A DNA stretch of 18,965 nt from the IMG/VR virus record IMGVR_UViG_2537561689_000013; one strand, 5' to 3'. The notes below the pieces were generated by a model. It saw only the letters and a list, made by a program, of their open reading frames with translations, did no database searches and was not told the origin of the DNA. The stretch comes from a virus (lineage: Duplodnaviria; Heunggongvirae; Uroviricota; Caudoviricetes). Positions within the stretch are counted from its first letter, which is position 1. Each line of letters opens with the position of its first letter. The translations under genes were made by a program, and so were the position numbers. This document shows positions 9,634 to 17,861 of this stretch, piece by piece.

Positions 9634-9976
9634 TATGTATGAGGTTTTAGACCGCTGGGGGGCATGGGCTGCAGCAGAAAATAGTGGTGTCGATTGGCAA
9701 CCGATAGCAGCGGGCTTCAAGGGGCTTTTACCTCATGGTAAAAAGTCACGGATTCAGTGTGATGATGACGAAGGCATTATGATAGACAGTTGTGTGGCTC
9801 GGTTGAGAAGGTATAAACCAGAGGAATATGAGCTCATCATAGCCCACTTTGTTATTGGTATCTCATTACGCACTATTGCCAAAAAGAGAAGGTGTTCAGA
9901 TGGCACGATTAGAAAGGAATTACAAACTGCAATTGGTTTTGTAGAGGGTATTACGAGCGTTATTGCATGTAAATAA
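9623..9976 (+). CDS. Q: Late-gene antitermination protein Q (933W/Stx-phage-type Q family)
   Basis: LDRWGAWAA...IAAGFKGLL...KSRIQCDDDEGIMIDSCVARLRR...CSDGTIRKELQTAIGFVEG resembles Stx-phage Q from memory. Start chosen at ATG 9623 (GAGGTGA SD) rather than the track's 9614. Confidence 0.75.
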   Translation: MGRDMYEVLDRWGAWAAAENSGVDWQPIAAGFKGLLPHGKKSRIQCDDDEGIMIDSCVARLRRYKPEEYELIIAHFVIGISLRTIAKKRRCSDGTIRKELQTAIGFVEGITSVIACK

Positions 9977-9981
9977 AAGCT

Positions 9982-10010
9982 AAAAGCCACCGTAGTGGCT
10001 TTTAGCATTT
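9982..10010. terminator. Hairpin with flanking A- and T-runs immediately after Q; candidate bidirectional terminator
   Basis: AAAAGCCAC-cgta-GTGGCTTTT, then AGCATTTT. Confidence 0.55.
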
Positions 10011-10182
10011 TAGGATTGTGCAGGTAATGTTTTGTTCAATTTAGTAAAGAAGTTAGATTGGCTTGTTACAGTACGTCGACTCTTTCCAGAAGTACTCAAC
10101 TGAAAGAAATCATTGATGCTTTTGGGTTGAGTTCTTTCATAGGCTTGCTTAAGTGACATGTGTTCCCCTTGTCTATTTGTTG

Positions 10183-11466
10183 CTATGACCGTGAAAAGTA
10201 GTGATGGTTCAGTTCTTTTGCAAAATAGTGCTTACGTTTAACCCAGATAAAACCATCAGCTTTAGAAATGATTGCAACATCTATGGGGCCTCCCACTGTT
10301 TCAGTATCATCGGAGACCTTGCGCTTGAAAGCGGTTAAATTTACTAATGATTCAGCCATATAAGCTAAATCTTGCTTGGGTAAAAACTCGATCATATTTA
10401 CGACTTTGTCAACATAGTTTTCTCGGACAAAGCTATCAATACGCCCCTTGCAATCGGAAACAGTTCTGCGCACTACATCAACTATAGCATCCTTGGCTCC
10501 TTCGATATCTGAAGTGGGCACCAAATCTGTGATTACTGAATCAATACCATCAAGTAAATCGCCGATAGAACGTTGATACTCAGCATGAAGATTTTGGATA
10601 AGATGTGAACTAGCTCCTTGCATGAAAGCAGAAACTTCATCCTCTTGCGCAAAGGGAGTCACGCCGCAATTAGGAGTGATGCAGCACTTGTCAGCATCTG
10701 TGGTTTTCCTTATTTTATCATTAAAGAAGCCACAAACTTCATATGATAATACTTTAGGGTAATAGTCTTTATCGCCATAACCTGCAATCACAATCCCAGA
10801 GACGGAACCAATATCACTTTGCTTGCATATCATAGCTGCCAATACATCACTAACTGCTTTTGTCAACTGTGGAGTTATGGATATTGAATCAAAGTCACTA
10901 AACTTTTGAGCAATGATGCGTTGGGTAATTGATGAAGCATAGGTTTGGGCTGCTTGTTCATCATCCGGAGTAAAACCATCAAAGTAATTAATATCAGATA
11001 ATTTTGTAAGGAGATCGTTGCAATAATTCGTGAGGTCTGTAACAAATTGATTCTTATCGAAGTTAACGAGATATGTTGGTTCGAGACCTTCAGAAAAAGC
11101 ATCAACAAGCATGCTGAATACAATCTCGCTCAGGAAGTGATAAAGATGAGCCTCACGCATACCTGGTGTGATGATTGATTTAGCTGACTGTAGATAATTG
11201 AAGAAATCCTCAGCATATTCCTCCAAAGAGTCAAAACATTTAGAGCCTAAATCCTTTCTATAAGCCTTAATGATAAGCTCCCATGGAGCTGTGCAGAGAT
11301 CACCAGTTCCATATACCATCAAACCTACAGGATGATGTTTAGTGAGAGCGAAAAGCTTTTCAGCGCCATTATAGATTTTATGTTTGCCGCCTCCAGAAAT
11401 CGTTACAGCTGAATCTGCGGCTAAAGCTACTGCGGTCTTGTTAAATACGGCTATTTCTGCTGTCAT
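10183..11466 (-). CDS. Moron protein (427 aa) with HslV/proteasome-beta-like (Ntn-hydrolase, peptidase T1-like) N-terminal domain and uncharacterised C-terminal domain
   Basis: Starts MTAEIAVFNKTAVALAADSAVT: Thr directly after Met, Asp at mature position 17, then GTGD and GYGD glycine-rich segments. Compared by eye with HslV/proteasome-beta sequences recalled from memory. Opposite strand to the late genes. Confidence 0.8.
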   Translation of the reverse strand: MTAEIAVFNKTAVALAADSAVTISGGGKHKIYNGAEKLFALTKHHPVGLMVYGTGDLCTAPWELIIKAYRKDLGSKCFDSLEEYAEDFFNYLQSAKSIITPGMREAHLYHFLSEIVFSMLVDAFSEGLEPTYLVNFDKNQFVTDLTNYCNDLLTKLSDINYFDGFTPDDEQAAQTYASSITQRIIAQKFSDFDSISITPQLTKAVSDVLAAMICKQSDIGSVSGIVIAGYGDKDYYPKVLSYEVCGFFNDKIRKTTDADKCCITPNCGVTPFAQEDEVSAFMQGASSHLIQNLHAEYQRSIGDLLDGIDSVITDLVPTSDIEGAKDAIVDVVRRTVSDCKGRIDSFVRENYVDKVVNMIEFLPKQDLAYMAESLVNLTAFKRKVSDDTETVGGPIDVAIISKADGFIWVKRKHYFAKELNHHYFSRS

Positions 11467-11574
11467 TTTTTACATAGGGTTTATATGTTGTGTAATGAGA
11501 AAAATACAAAAAAATTAACGCGTACGCAAAAATTCTTGTAATCTGTTAAGAGTGGTTACTTCGCCACACAGCTT

Positions 11575-11601
11575 AAACCCGCCGTCGAGCGGGTTTTTTT
11601 G
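11575..11601 (+). terminator. Rho-independent terminator on the plus strand inside the divergent intergenic region
   Basis: AAACCCGC-cgtcga-GCGGGTTT followed by TTTTT. Confidence 0.6.
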
Positions 11602-11698
11602 TACCTGTAAACTTGGTGCAGTACGGTAAACACGCTGGTGGTAGTGAATACTGACTTTTTATCTTGCTGGCTTTTTAGACAAGAGTTATTGGTATGTC

Positions 11699-11917
11699 AT
11701 GTTAACCAGAAGGGAAAAAGACATGCTAAAACAGCAAGATATGACAGAAACGGCGAAAGTTGTTTTTAATGAATTAAGCATCGAACCGGCAACAGTCGGG
11801 GAGATTGCACAAAACACATACCTTTCACGCGAACGCTGTCAGTTAATACTGACCCAGTTGGTTATGGCGGGGCTGGCAGATTACCAGTTCGGCTGTTACA
11901 GACGTCTTCAGCAATGA
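11699..11917 (+). CDS. Hypothetical small protein (72 aa), possible DNA-binding/controller-like protein upstream of the methyltransferase
   Basis: ORF track only; weak SD; the true start may be an internal Met. No family recognised. Confidence 0.4.
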   Translation: MLTRREKDMLKQQDMTETAKVVFNELSIEPATVGEIAQNTYLSRERCQLILTQLVMAGLADYQFGCYRRLQQ

Positions 11918-12066
11918 AGGGCTTTTAATTTGTGAAAATGGGCGGCTGGTGGGTGTTGGTAGCACCTGCCAGCCATTCGCTCATGCTTACTGGTCACAAG
12001 CGAACCACGGCCCACTGCTTTAGCGCAAAAGCAGAGTGAGCCTACCAGAGTTACGCTTACTGATCC

Positions 12067-13113
12067 ATGAAAAATACTGTAAAAATAAACAGTGTTGATT
12101 TAATCAACGCTGATTGCCTGCATTTTATTCAGTCCCTGCCTGATGATTCCATTGACCTGATTGTTACCGATCCGCCTTACTTCAAGGTGAAACCCAACGG
12201 TTGGGACAATCAGTGGAAAGGGGACGAAGATTACCTTAAGTGGCTGGACCACTGTCTGGCCCAGTTCTGGCGGGTGTTGAAACCTGCCGGAAGCCTTTAC
12301 CTGTTCTGTGGGCATCGCCTGGCATCTGATATCGAAATCATGATGCGTGAACGCTTTAATGTGCTGAACCACATTATCTGGGCGAAGCCGTCCGGACGCT
12401 GGAACGGATGCAACAAGGAAAGCCTGCGGGCGTATTTCCCGGCAACAGAGCGCATTCTGTTTGCTGAACATTATCAGGGGCCATACCAGCCCAAAAATGA
12501 CGGCTATGCGGCAAAGGGGCGCGAGCTTAAACAGTGCGTCATGGCCCCGCTGATTTCTTACTTTCGTGATGCGCGAGAATCTCTGGGAATAACATCAAAA
12601 CAGATAGCGGAAGCCACCGGAAAGAAAAACATGGCGTCACACTGGTTTGGTGCCAGTCAGTGGCAGTTGCCGAACGAGGCTGATTACAAAAAACTTCAGG
12701 CGCTGTTCGCGCGTGTTGCAGCAGAAAAACACCAGCGCGGGGAGCTGGAAAAGCCGCACCACCAGCTGGTCAGCACATACAGTGAACTGAACCGGCAATA
12801 TGCCAGCCTGCAGGAGGAGTATAAATCCCTGCGGCGTTATTTTTCCGTATCAGCTGCTGTTCCGTATACGGATGTCTGGACGCACAAGCCTGTGCAGTAT
12901 TATCCAGGCAAACATCCCTGTGAAAAACCGGCAGATATGTTGCGTCAGATAATTACTGCCAGCAGTCGCCCCGGTGATTTGGTCGCTGATTTTTTTATGG
13001 GGTCTGGCTCAACAATAAAAGCAGCACTTTCACTGGGACGTCGCGCAATTGGCGTGGAACTGGAAGAAGAGAGATTTAATCAGACTGTAACTGAAATAAA
13101 AAATAATCGTTAA
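12067..13113 (+). CDS. DNA methyltransferase, DPPY-motif class (N6-adenine or N4-cytosine), phage-type
   Basis: DLIVTDPPY (motif IV) near the N-terminus and DFFMGSGST (motif I) near the C-terminus, i.e. a beta-class amino-MTase arrangement. Comparable MTase genes sit downstream of Q in Stx-type lambdoid phages. Confidence 0.9.
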   Translation: MKNTVKINSVDLINADCLHFIQSLPDDSIDLIVTDPPYFKVKPNGWDNQWKGDEDYLKWLDHCLAQFWRVLKPAGSLYLFCGHRLASDIEIMMRERFNVLNHIIWAKPSGRWNGCNKESLRAYFPATERILFAEHYQGPYQPKNDGYAAKGRELKQCVMAPLISYFRDARESLGITSKQIAEATGKKNMASHWFGASQWQLPNEADYKKLQALFARVAAEKHQRGELEKPHHQLVSTYSELNRQYASLQEEYKSLRRYFSVSAAVPYTDVWTHKPVQYYPGKHPCEKPADMLRQIITASSRPGDLVADFFMGSGSTIKAALSLGRRAIGVELEEERFNQTVTEIKNNR

Positions 13114-13281
13114 ATATGCATTTAATAATTTCTTTATTTCATAAAAAATAAAAATATATACGTATATTTACAAATCTTGATATGATTTTCCATTGAAAAG
13201 AGAGCTGGCATTATTAATATCGGTACCCGGTTCCGAAGGGGATGTAAGCGCGGTCATTTTTATTTCTCTTGAGGAACCTGT

Positions 13282-13357
<76 letters not shown>

Positions 13358-13360
13358 TAT

Positions 13361-13435
<75 letters not shown>

Positions 13436-13793
13436 GAGAAACAAGCCTTATTGTATCGTTGCACTGGCGTATTTTTTATTGCGTGGGAGCAGGTTGTTTT
13501 TAAAAGGCATTCTGTTTTCTGGCTGTGATTTGAGGTCGGTTATAGCCACAGTGCTGTTTTTTACACCACTGGAATGGTGCATTATCGGTGGAAATTGAGC
13601 ATTTCCTGACAGGGGCCGATGATGCACTATCCCGGTGTTGTAAATAACACTACAGAGGTGTTCCTCAGTGCGAGGGTGGTTTATGTAACTGTTTAGCGGG
13701 AAACCACAGTATTCATGGAGAGATGGATACTTCGGGGGGCACCCGACACCTCTGTTTTTCTACTACAAAAATGATTCATCTCTGGCATTTTTC

Positions 13794-13821
13794 AACCGCC
13801 GTTCCGGGCGGTTTTTTTTAT
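13794..13821 (+). terminator. Rho-independent terminator in the tRNA-to-lysis intergenic region
   Basis: ACCGCC-gttccg-GGCGGT followed by TTTTTTTT. Confidence 0.6.
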
Positions 13822-14142
13822 TCTGAACTCAGAAAAGAATACACGGGCATTGATATTACCCGTGTGGCAAGGCCATGAAAGCCAATAATGAACTGAGCGC
13901 AAAAAAAGCGCGGCTGTCGGATTAACGCCGCGGGACAAAGTCCGTGAAGAAGAATAAGCATCAGTCTCCTCCAGGAGACGATTTGATATTACTAAGCTTT
14001 AAAAATGGTTTAAACCCCCGGATTAACCTTAATTTCAGATAAGCTTTATTTCATTTTCTCCGAGCCACGTCAGGCGCATATCACATCAGATAACACCACA
14101 TAAAAGGTATCTGCGGGTGCCTTTCACGGGGTGTTTTTTTAC

Positions 14143-14166
14143 GGGCCGCTGGTGGCCCTTTTTTAT
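14143..14166 (+). terminator. Rho-independent terminator-like hairpin about 17 bp upstream of the first lysis gene
   Basis: GGGCC-gctggt-GGCCC followed by TTTTTTATTT. Confidence 0.5.
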
Positions 14167-14182
14167 TTACAGGAGAAAAAGT

Positions 14183-14575
14183 ATGTCTGAACCCTTATCC
14201 GGTTCCGGCACGGCTGCAGCGCTCGGCGGGGCGACGGTGTACGGGCTGTTTACCGGAACGGATTTCGGGATTGTGTTTGGTGCCTTTGCCGGGGCGTTAT
14301 TTGTGGCAACGATGCCGCAGGCGCTTTCAGCCTGGCGTGTGGCGGCACATTTTCTGGTGTCGTTCATTGTTGGTGTGCTGGGGGCAGAAGTTCTGGCATC
14401 CTGGCTGGTAAAGCATACAGAGTTTGACGGTGCACCTGTCGACGCATTGTGTGCAGTACTGGTGTCAGTGGTGTCGGTGAAGATTCTCTCGTTCATCCAC
14501 CAGCAGGATATTGCATCACTGGTGTCCGGTCTGTTCTCCCGTCTGCGGGGCGGAGGAGGCGGCAATGTTAAGTAA
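14183..14575 (+). CDS. Putative holin (130 aa, multi-pass membrane protein)
   Basis: ATG 14183 preceded by AGGAGA SD. Gly/Ala-rich hydrophobic helices, charged C-terminus, first gene of the lysis cassette directly upstream of the endolysin. The ORF track's upstream extension from 14117 is rejected. Confidence 0.6.
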   Translation: MSEPLSGSGTAAALGGATVYGLFTGTDFGIVFGAFAGALFVATMPQALSAWRVAAHFLVSFIVGVLGAEVLASWLVKHTEFDGAPVDALCAVLVSVVSVKILSFIHQQDIASLVSGLFSRLRGGGGGNVK

Positions 14576-14843
14576 CCTTCCCGGATTGCTGAATGTGGCG
14601 TTATGCACGGTTATCGTGCTGACGCTCTTTTTTTATCGTCGTCGTGATTCCAGACATAAACCGTTGATGTCATGGCTGGCCTGGCTGCTGATGCTGCTTT
14701 ATGCCTTTGCACCACTCAGTTATCTGTGCGGTCGCCCGTTAGCGGCGAACTGGCTGGCGGTGGGGCTTAATCTGCTGTTCTGCGTGTTGGTTATTCGCGC
14801 ACGCGGGAACGTTTCAAAAATCTTTGTATTACGAAGACGCTGA
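14565..14843 (+). CDS. Putative second holin-like/lysis-associated membrane protein (92 aa, 3 predicted TM)
   Basis: ATG 14565 with GGAGGAGG SD, overlapping the end of the preceding gene. Hydrophobic with Arg-rich C-terminus. Confidence 0.5.
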   Translation: MLSNLPGLLNVALCTVIVLTLFFYRRRDSRHKPLMSWLAWLLMLLYAFAPLSYLCGRPLAANWLAVGLNLLFCVLVIRARGNVSKIFVLRRR

Positions 14844-14844
14844 T

Positions 14845-15390
14845 ATGAAGTCGAAAGATGAAATTTTTGACGAAGTTCTGGGAAAAGAGGGCGGTTACGT
14901 CAATCACCCGGATGATAAAGGCGGACCGACAAAATGGGGTATTACGGAAAAAGTCGCCCGCGCTCACGGATATCAGGGCGATATGCGTGACCTGACACGC
15001 GAACAGGCACTGGAAATCCTTGAGGCGGATTACTGGTTCGGACCACGCTTTGATCAGGTGGCCGCATTATCCTCTGATATTGCTGCAGAGTTGTGTGATA
15101 CCGGTGTGAATATGGGGCCGTCCGTAGCATCGAAAATGCTCCAACGCTGGCTGAACGTTTTCAACCTGCAAGGCAAATTGTTCCCGGATATGGACGCAGA
15201 CGGGCGTATCGGCCCCCGCACGATTAATGCACTACGGACTTATCTGCAAAAACGCGGCAAAGACGGCGAACTGGTGATGCTGAAGGCGCTGAATTGCACG
15301 CAGGGCGACCGCTATCTGGAGCTGGCAGAAAAACGCGAGGCCAACGAGTCGTTTGTCTACGGCTGGATGAAAGAGCGCGTAGCAGTTTAA
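14845..15390 (+). CDS. Endolysin, GH108-type muramidase with C-terminal peptidoglycan-binding domain
   Basis: N-terminal EIFDEVLGKEGGYVNHPDDKGGPTKWGIT motif characteristic of the GH108 family. Start chosen at ATG 14845, right after the previous stop; the track ORF begins at 14824. Confidence 0.85.
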   Translation: MKSKDEIFDEVLGKEGGYVNHPDDKGGPTKWGITEKVARAHGYQGDMRDLTREQALEILEADYWFGPRFDQVAALSSDIAAELCDTGVNMGPSVASKMLQRWLNVFNLQGKLFPDMDADGRIGPRTINALRTYLQKRGKDGELVMLKALNCTQGDRYLELAEKREANESFVYGWMKERVAV

Positions 15391-15483
15391 AAACTGACGC
15401 TGAAGTGCTGAACACCCTCAACTCACGCAGGCTCTTTTCTGGGGTTACGATGAGCGAAAGTAAGGGGTACCGCATCAGATAGC

Positions 15484-15524
15484 AAAAACCCCGGCTGCTG
15501 GAACAGTCCGGGGTTTTTAGTTTT
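15484..15524 (+). terminator. Rho-independent terminator after the endolysin gene
   Basis: AAAAACCCCGG-ctgctggaacagt-CCGGGGTTTTT followed by AGTTTT. Confidence 0.65.
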
Positions 15525-15609
15525 CACGTCAAAGAGGAAATTGTGAGTAGTGAGTACGGAGAAAATCCTCGTGGGAAAGTATAAAAGATTCTTTTTGAGG
15601 TTGTCCATT

Positions 15610-15723
15610 ATGAAAGGTATTGAAGTGGAAACTCCCGCGAGCCTTGATTTGACAAGGGCTGCGGCCTTTGCAATTCGCCTTGTGGCGGTCGCTGTTCTGA
15701 TTTGGGCTGTGCGTTGGTGGTGA
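15610..15723 (+). CDS. Small protein (37 aa) with C-terminal TM helix
   Basis: ATG with GAGG 9 nt upstream; MKGIEVETPASLDLTRAAAFAIRLVAVAVLIWAVRWW. Stop is 1 nt before the next ATG. Short, so uncertain. Confidence 0.3.
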   Translation: MKGIEVETPASLDLTRAAAFAIRLVAVAVLIWAVRWW

Positions 15724-15724
15724 T

Positions 15725-15907
15725 ATGACGCGAAAACACTGGACACACAGAATGCCGCGAACGGCGGCGAAATGGGCACTGGTAGCGATACTGGTGCCTT
15801 TTTTCTTGGTGGGATGCGTCAGCCTGGATAAAGCGCGCCAGCTTTTCGATACGGCTTCTCAGGTCTGTGAAATTGTCGACGGTGTTCGGCAGTGTATGCA
15901 GAACTGA
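15725..15907 (+). CDS. Small putative lipoprotein (60 aa; lipobox LVGC)
   Basis: Signal-peptide-like AKWALVAILVPFFLVGC followed by a 29-residue mature part with two Cys. Position (after endolysin, before bor) is where Rz/Rz1 spanins lie in lambda, but there is no sequence similarity to them. Confidence 0.4.
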   Translation: MTRKHWTHRMPRTAAKWALVAILVPFFLVGCVSLDKARQLFDTASQVCEIVDGVRQCMQN

Positions 15908-16047
15908 TCGCCTGTAAGAGCAGAATATTTTGCTGAAAAATGAAGGGGTCACTTGCGTCCGGAAAGCATGAAATTCTATGTTTGTGATCATTCGATGACA
16001 TAATTTCTTACTTCCGCCGTTTCCGGGGGGGAGGAACAAAGTAGAAA

Positions 16048-16072
16048 GAGTTGCCCGTTTGATGGGCAACTC
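16048..16072. terminator. Hairpin between the convergent lipoprotein gene and bor
   Basis: GAGTTGCCC-gtttgat-GGGCAACTC. Confidence 0.5.
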
Positions 16073-16078
16073 ATGCAG

Positions 16079-16372
16079 TTATTGTGAGCAATACACACGC
16101 GCTTCCAGCGGAGTATAAATGCCTAAAGTAATAAAACCGAGAAATCCATTTACGAATGTTTGCTGGGTTTCTGTTTTAACAACATTTTCTGCGCCGCCAC
16201 AAATTTTGGCTGCATCAACAGTTTTCTCCTGTCCAATTCCCGAAACGAAGAAATGATGGGTGATGGTTTCCTTTGGTGTTACTGCTGTCGGTTTGTTTCC
16301 AACAGTAAACGTCTGTTGAGCACATCCTGTAATAAGCATTGCCAGAGCGGCAGAAAACAACATTTTTTTCAT
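16079..16372 (-). CDS. bor: Bor lipoprotein (lambda-type serum-resistance protein)
   Basis: MKKMLFSAALAMLITGCAQQTFTV...GGAENVVKTETQQTFVNGFLGFITLGIYTPLEARVYCSQ is near-identical to lambda Bor as I recall it. Start set at the MKKM Met rather than the longer track ORF. Confidence 0.9.
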   Translation of the reverse strand: MKKMLFSAALAMLITGCAQQTFTVGNKPTAVTPKETITHHFFVSGIGQEKTVDAAKICGGAENVVKTETQQTFVNGFLGFITLGIYTPLEARVYCSQ

Positions 16373-16732
16373 CTTATTATCCTGCATTGTTAAAAACGGC
16401 AGAATCCTATGTGACAACAATTAAACGATAGTTAAATGGATTGATGAAAATTAAAACTATATAGGTGGATGCTCAGCCTATTGGAGGAGGGGGGGCACTC
16501 AGAATCCTGTGGAATGAAATAAACCGCTCTATCTGTCCATTACCCTTTTAGCTGCGCTGTATCGTCGCCGTATTCCCGCATTAACCATGACCGTAGCCCG
16601 ACGGGGAATTCCTTCTGCGTGAGTGTGCGGGAATAATCAAAAACGATGCACACCGGGTTTTACTGTGCTGACAGACGCAGGGTTACCCTCATAGTCGCTT
16701 TTCCGGTGCGATGGTGGAAGAAACCGGGATGT

Positions 16733-16927
16733 TTATTCATCATCACTTTGGATTGATGTATATGCTCTCTTTTCTGACGTTAGTCTCCGACGGCAGGCTT
16801 CAATGACCCAGGCTGAGAAATTCCCAGACCCTTTTTGCTCAAGAGCGATGTTAATTTGTTCAATCATTTGGTTAGGAAAGCGGATGTTGCGGGTTGTTGT
16901 TCTGCGGGTTCTGTTCTTCGTTGACAT
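16733..16927 (-). CDS. Small ribbon-helix-helix (CopG/Arc/MetJ-like) DNA-binding protein (64 aa)
   Basis: Basic N-terminus (NRTRRTTTRNIRFP), then a beta-strand plus two helices pattern (NQMIEQINIALEQ / GNFSAWVIEACRRRL). Fold assignment is by eye only. Confidence 0.45.
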   Translation of the reverse strand: MSTKNRTRRTTTRNIRFPNQMIEQINIALEQKGSGNFSAWVIEACRRRLTSEKRAYTSIQSDDE

Positions 16928-17099
16928 GAGGTTGCCCCGTATTCAGTGTCGCTGATTTGTATTGTCTGAAGTTGTTTTTACGTTAAGTTGATGCAGATCA
17001 ATTAATACGATACCTGCGTCATAATTGATTATTTGACGTGGTTTGATGGCGTAGATGCACGTTGTGACATGTAGATGATAATTATTATCATTTTGCGGG

Positions 17100-17315
17100 T
17101 CCTTTCCGGCGATCCGACAGGTTACGGGGCGGCGACCTCTCGGGTTTTCGCTATTTATGAAAATTTTCCGGTTTAAGGCGTTTCCGTTCTTCTTCGTCGT
17201 AACTTAATGTTTTTATTTAAAACACCCCCTGAAAAGAAAGGAAACGACAGGTGCTGAAAACGGGCTTTTTGGCCTCTGTCGTTTCCTTTCTCTGTTTTTG
17301 TCCGTGGAATGAACA
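17100..17315 (+). other. Phage cos region: cosN cohesive-end 12-mer GGGCGGCGACCT at 17127..17138, followed by the cosB/leader up to nu1
   Basis: CGACAGGTTACG|GGGCGGCGACCTC...GGGTTTTCGCTATTTATGAAAATTTTCCGGTTTAAGGCG matches the lambda right-end/left-end junction from memory, with very few differences. Confidence 0.85.
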
Positions 17316-17861
17316 ATGGAAGTCAACAAAAAGCAGCTGGCTGACATTTTCGGCGCGAGTATCCGTACCATTCAGAACTGGCAGGAACAGGGAATGCCCG
17401 TTCTGCGAGGCGGTGGCAAGGGTAATGAGGTGCTTTATGACTCTGCCGCCGTCATAAAATGGTATGCCGAAAGGGATGCTGAAATTGAGAACGAAAAGCT
17501 GCGCCGGGAGGTTGAAGAACTGCGGCAGGCCAGCGAGGCAGATCTCCAGCCAGGGACTATTGAGTACGAACGCCATCGACTTACGCGTGCGCAGGCCGAC
17601 GCACAGGAACTGAAGAATGCCAGAGACTCCGCTGAAGTGGTGGAAACCGCATTCTGTACTTTCGTGTTGTCGCGGATCGCAGGTGAAATTGCCAGTATTC
17701 TCGACGGGATCCCCCTGTCGGTGCAGCGGCGTTTTCCGGAACTGGAAAACCGACATGTTGATTTCCTGAAACGGGATATCATCAAAGCCATGAACAAAGC
17801 AGCCGCGCTGGATGAACTGATACCGGGGTTGCTGAGTGAATATATCGAACAGTCAGGTTAA
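17316..17861 (+). CDS. nu1: Terminase small subunit Nu1 (lambda-type)
   Basis: MEVNKKQLADIFGASIRTIQNWQEQGMPVLRGGGKGNEVLYDSAAVIKWYAERD... is essentially identical to lambda gpNu1 as I recall it (181 aa). Confidence 0.95.
   Translation: MEVNKKQLADIFGASIRTIQNWQEQGMPVLRGGGKGNEVLYDSAAVIKWYAERDAEIENEKLRREVEELRQASEADLQPGTIEYERHRLTRAQADAQELKNARDSAEVVETAFCTFVLSRIAGEIASILDGIPLSVQRRFPELENRHVDFLKRDIIKAMNKAAALDELIPGLLSEYIEQSG

Noticed and set aside
8055-9720. Multiple minus-strand ORFs (63-111 aa) overlapping the rem-like, YdfU-like, rusA and Q genes
   Set aside because: Antisense to a co-linear block of recognisable phage genes; compositionally biased translations; no independent support.
10875-11123. 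Minus-strand 82-aa ORF inside the 427-aa gene (different frame)
   Set aside because: Nested in the longer, motif-bearing frame.
12100-12471. Minus-strand 123-aa ORF antisense to the methyltransferase gene
   Set aside because: Overlaps the DPPY motif region of a confidently assigned methyltransferase.
14117-14182. Upstream extension of the holin ORF (track start 14117)
   Set aside because: The extension overlaps the terminator hairpin and lacks an SD; ATG 14183 has AGGAGA at the proper spacing.
14167-14565. Minus-strand 132-aa ORF antisense to the holin gene
   Set aside because: Pro/Ala/Thr-rich low-complexity translation mirroring the Gly/Ala-rich holin; the lysis cassette orientation is supported by the downstream endolysin.
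15423-16069. Minus-strand ORFs 15423..15779 and 15608..16069
   Set aside because: Arg/Ser/Pro-rich translations with no motif; they overlap the terminator and the small plus-strand genes. They are not excluded with certainty, but I judge the plus-strand small genes more plausible.
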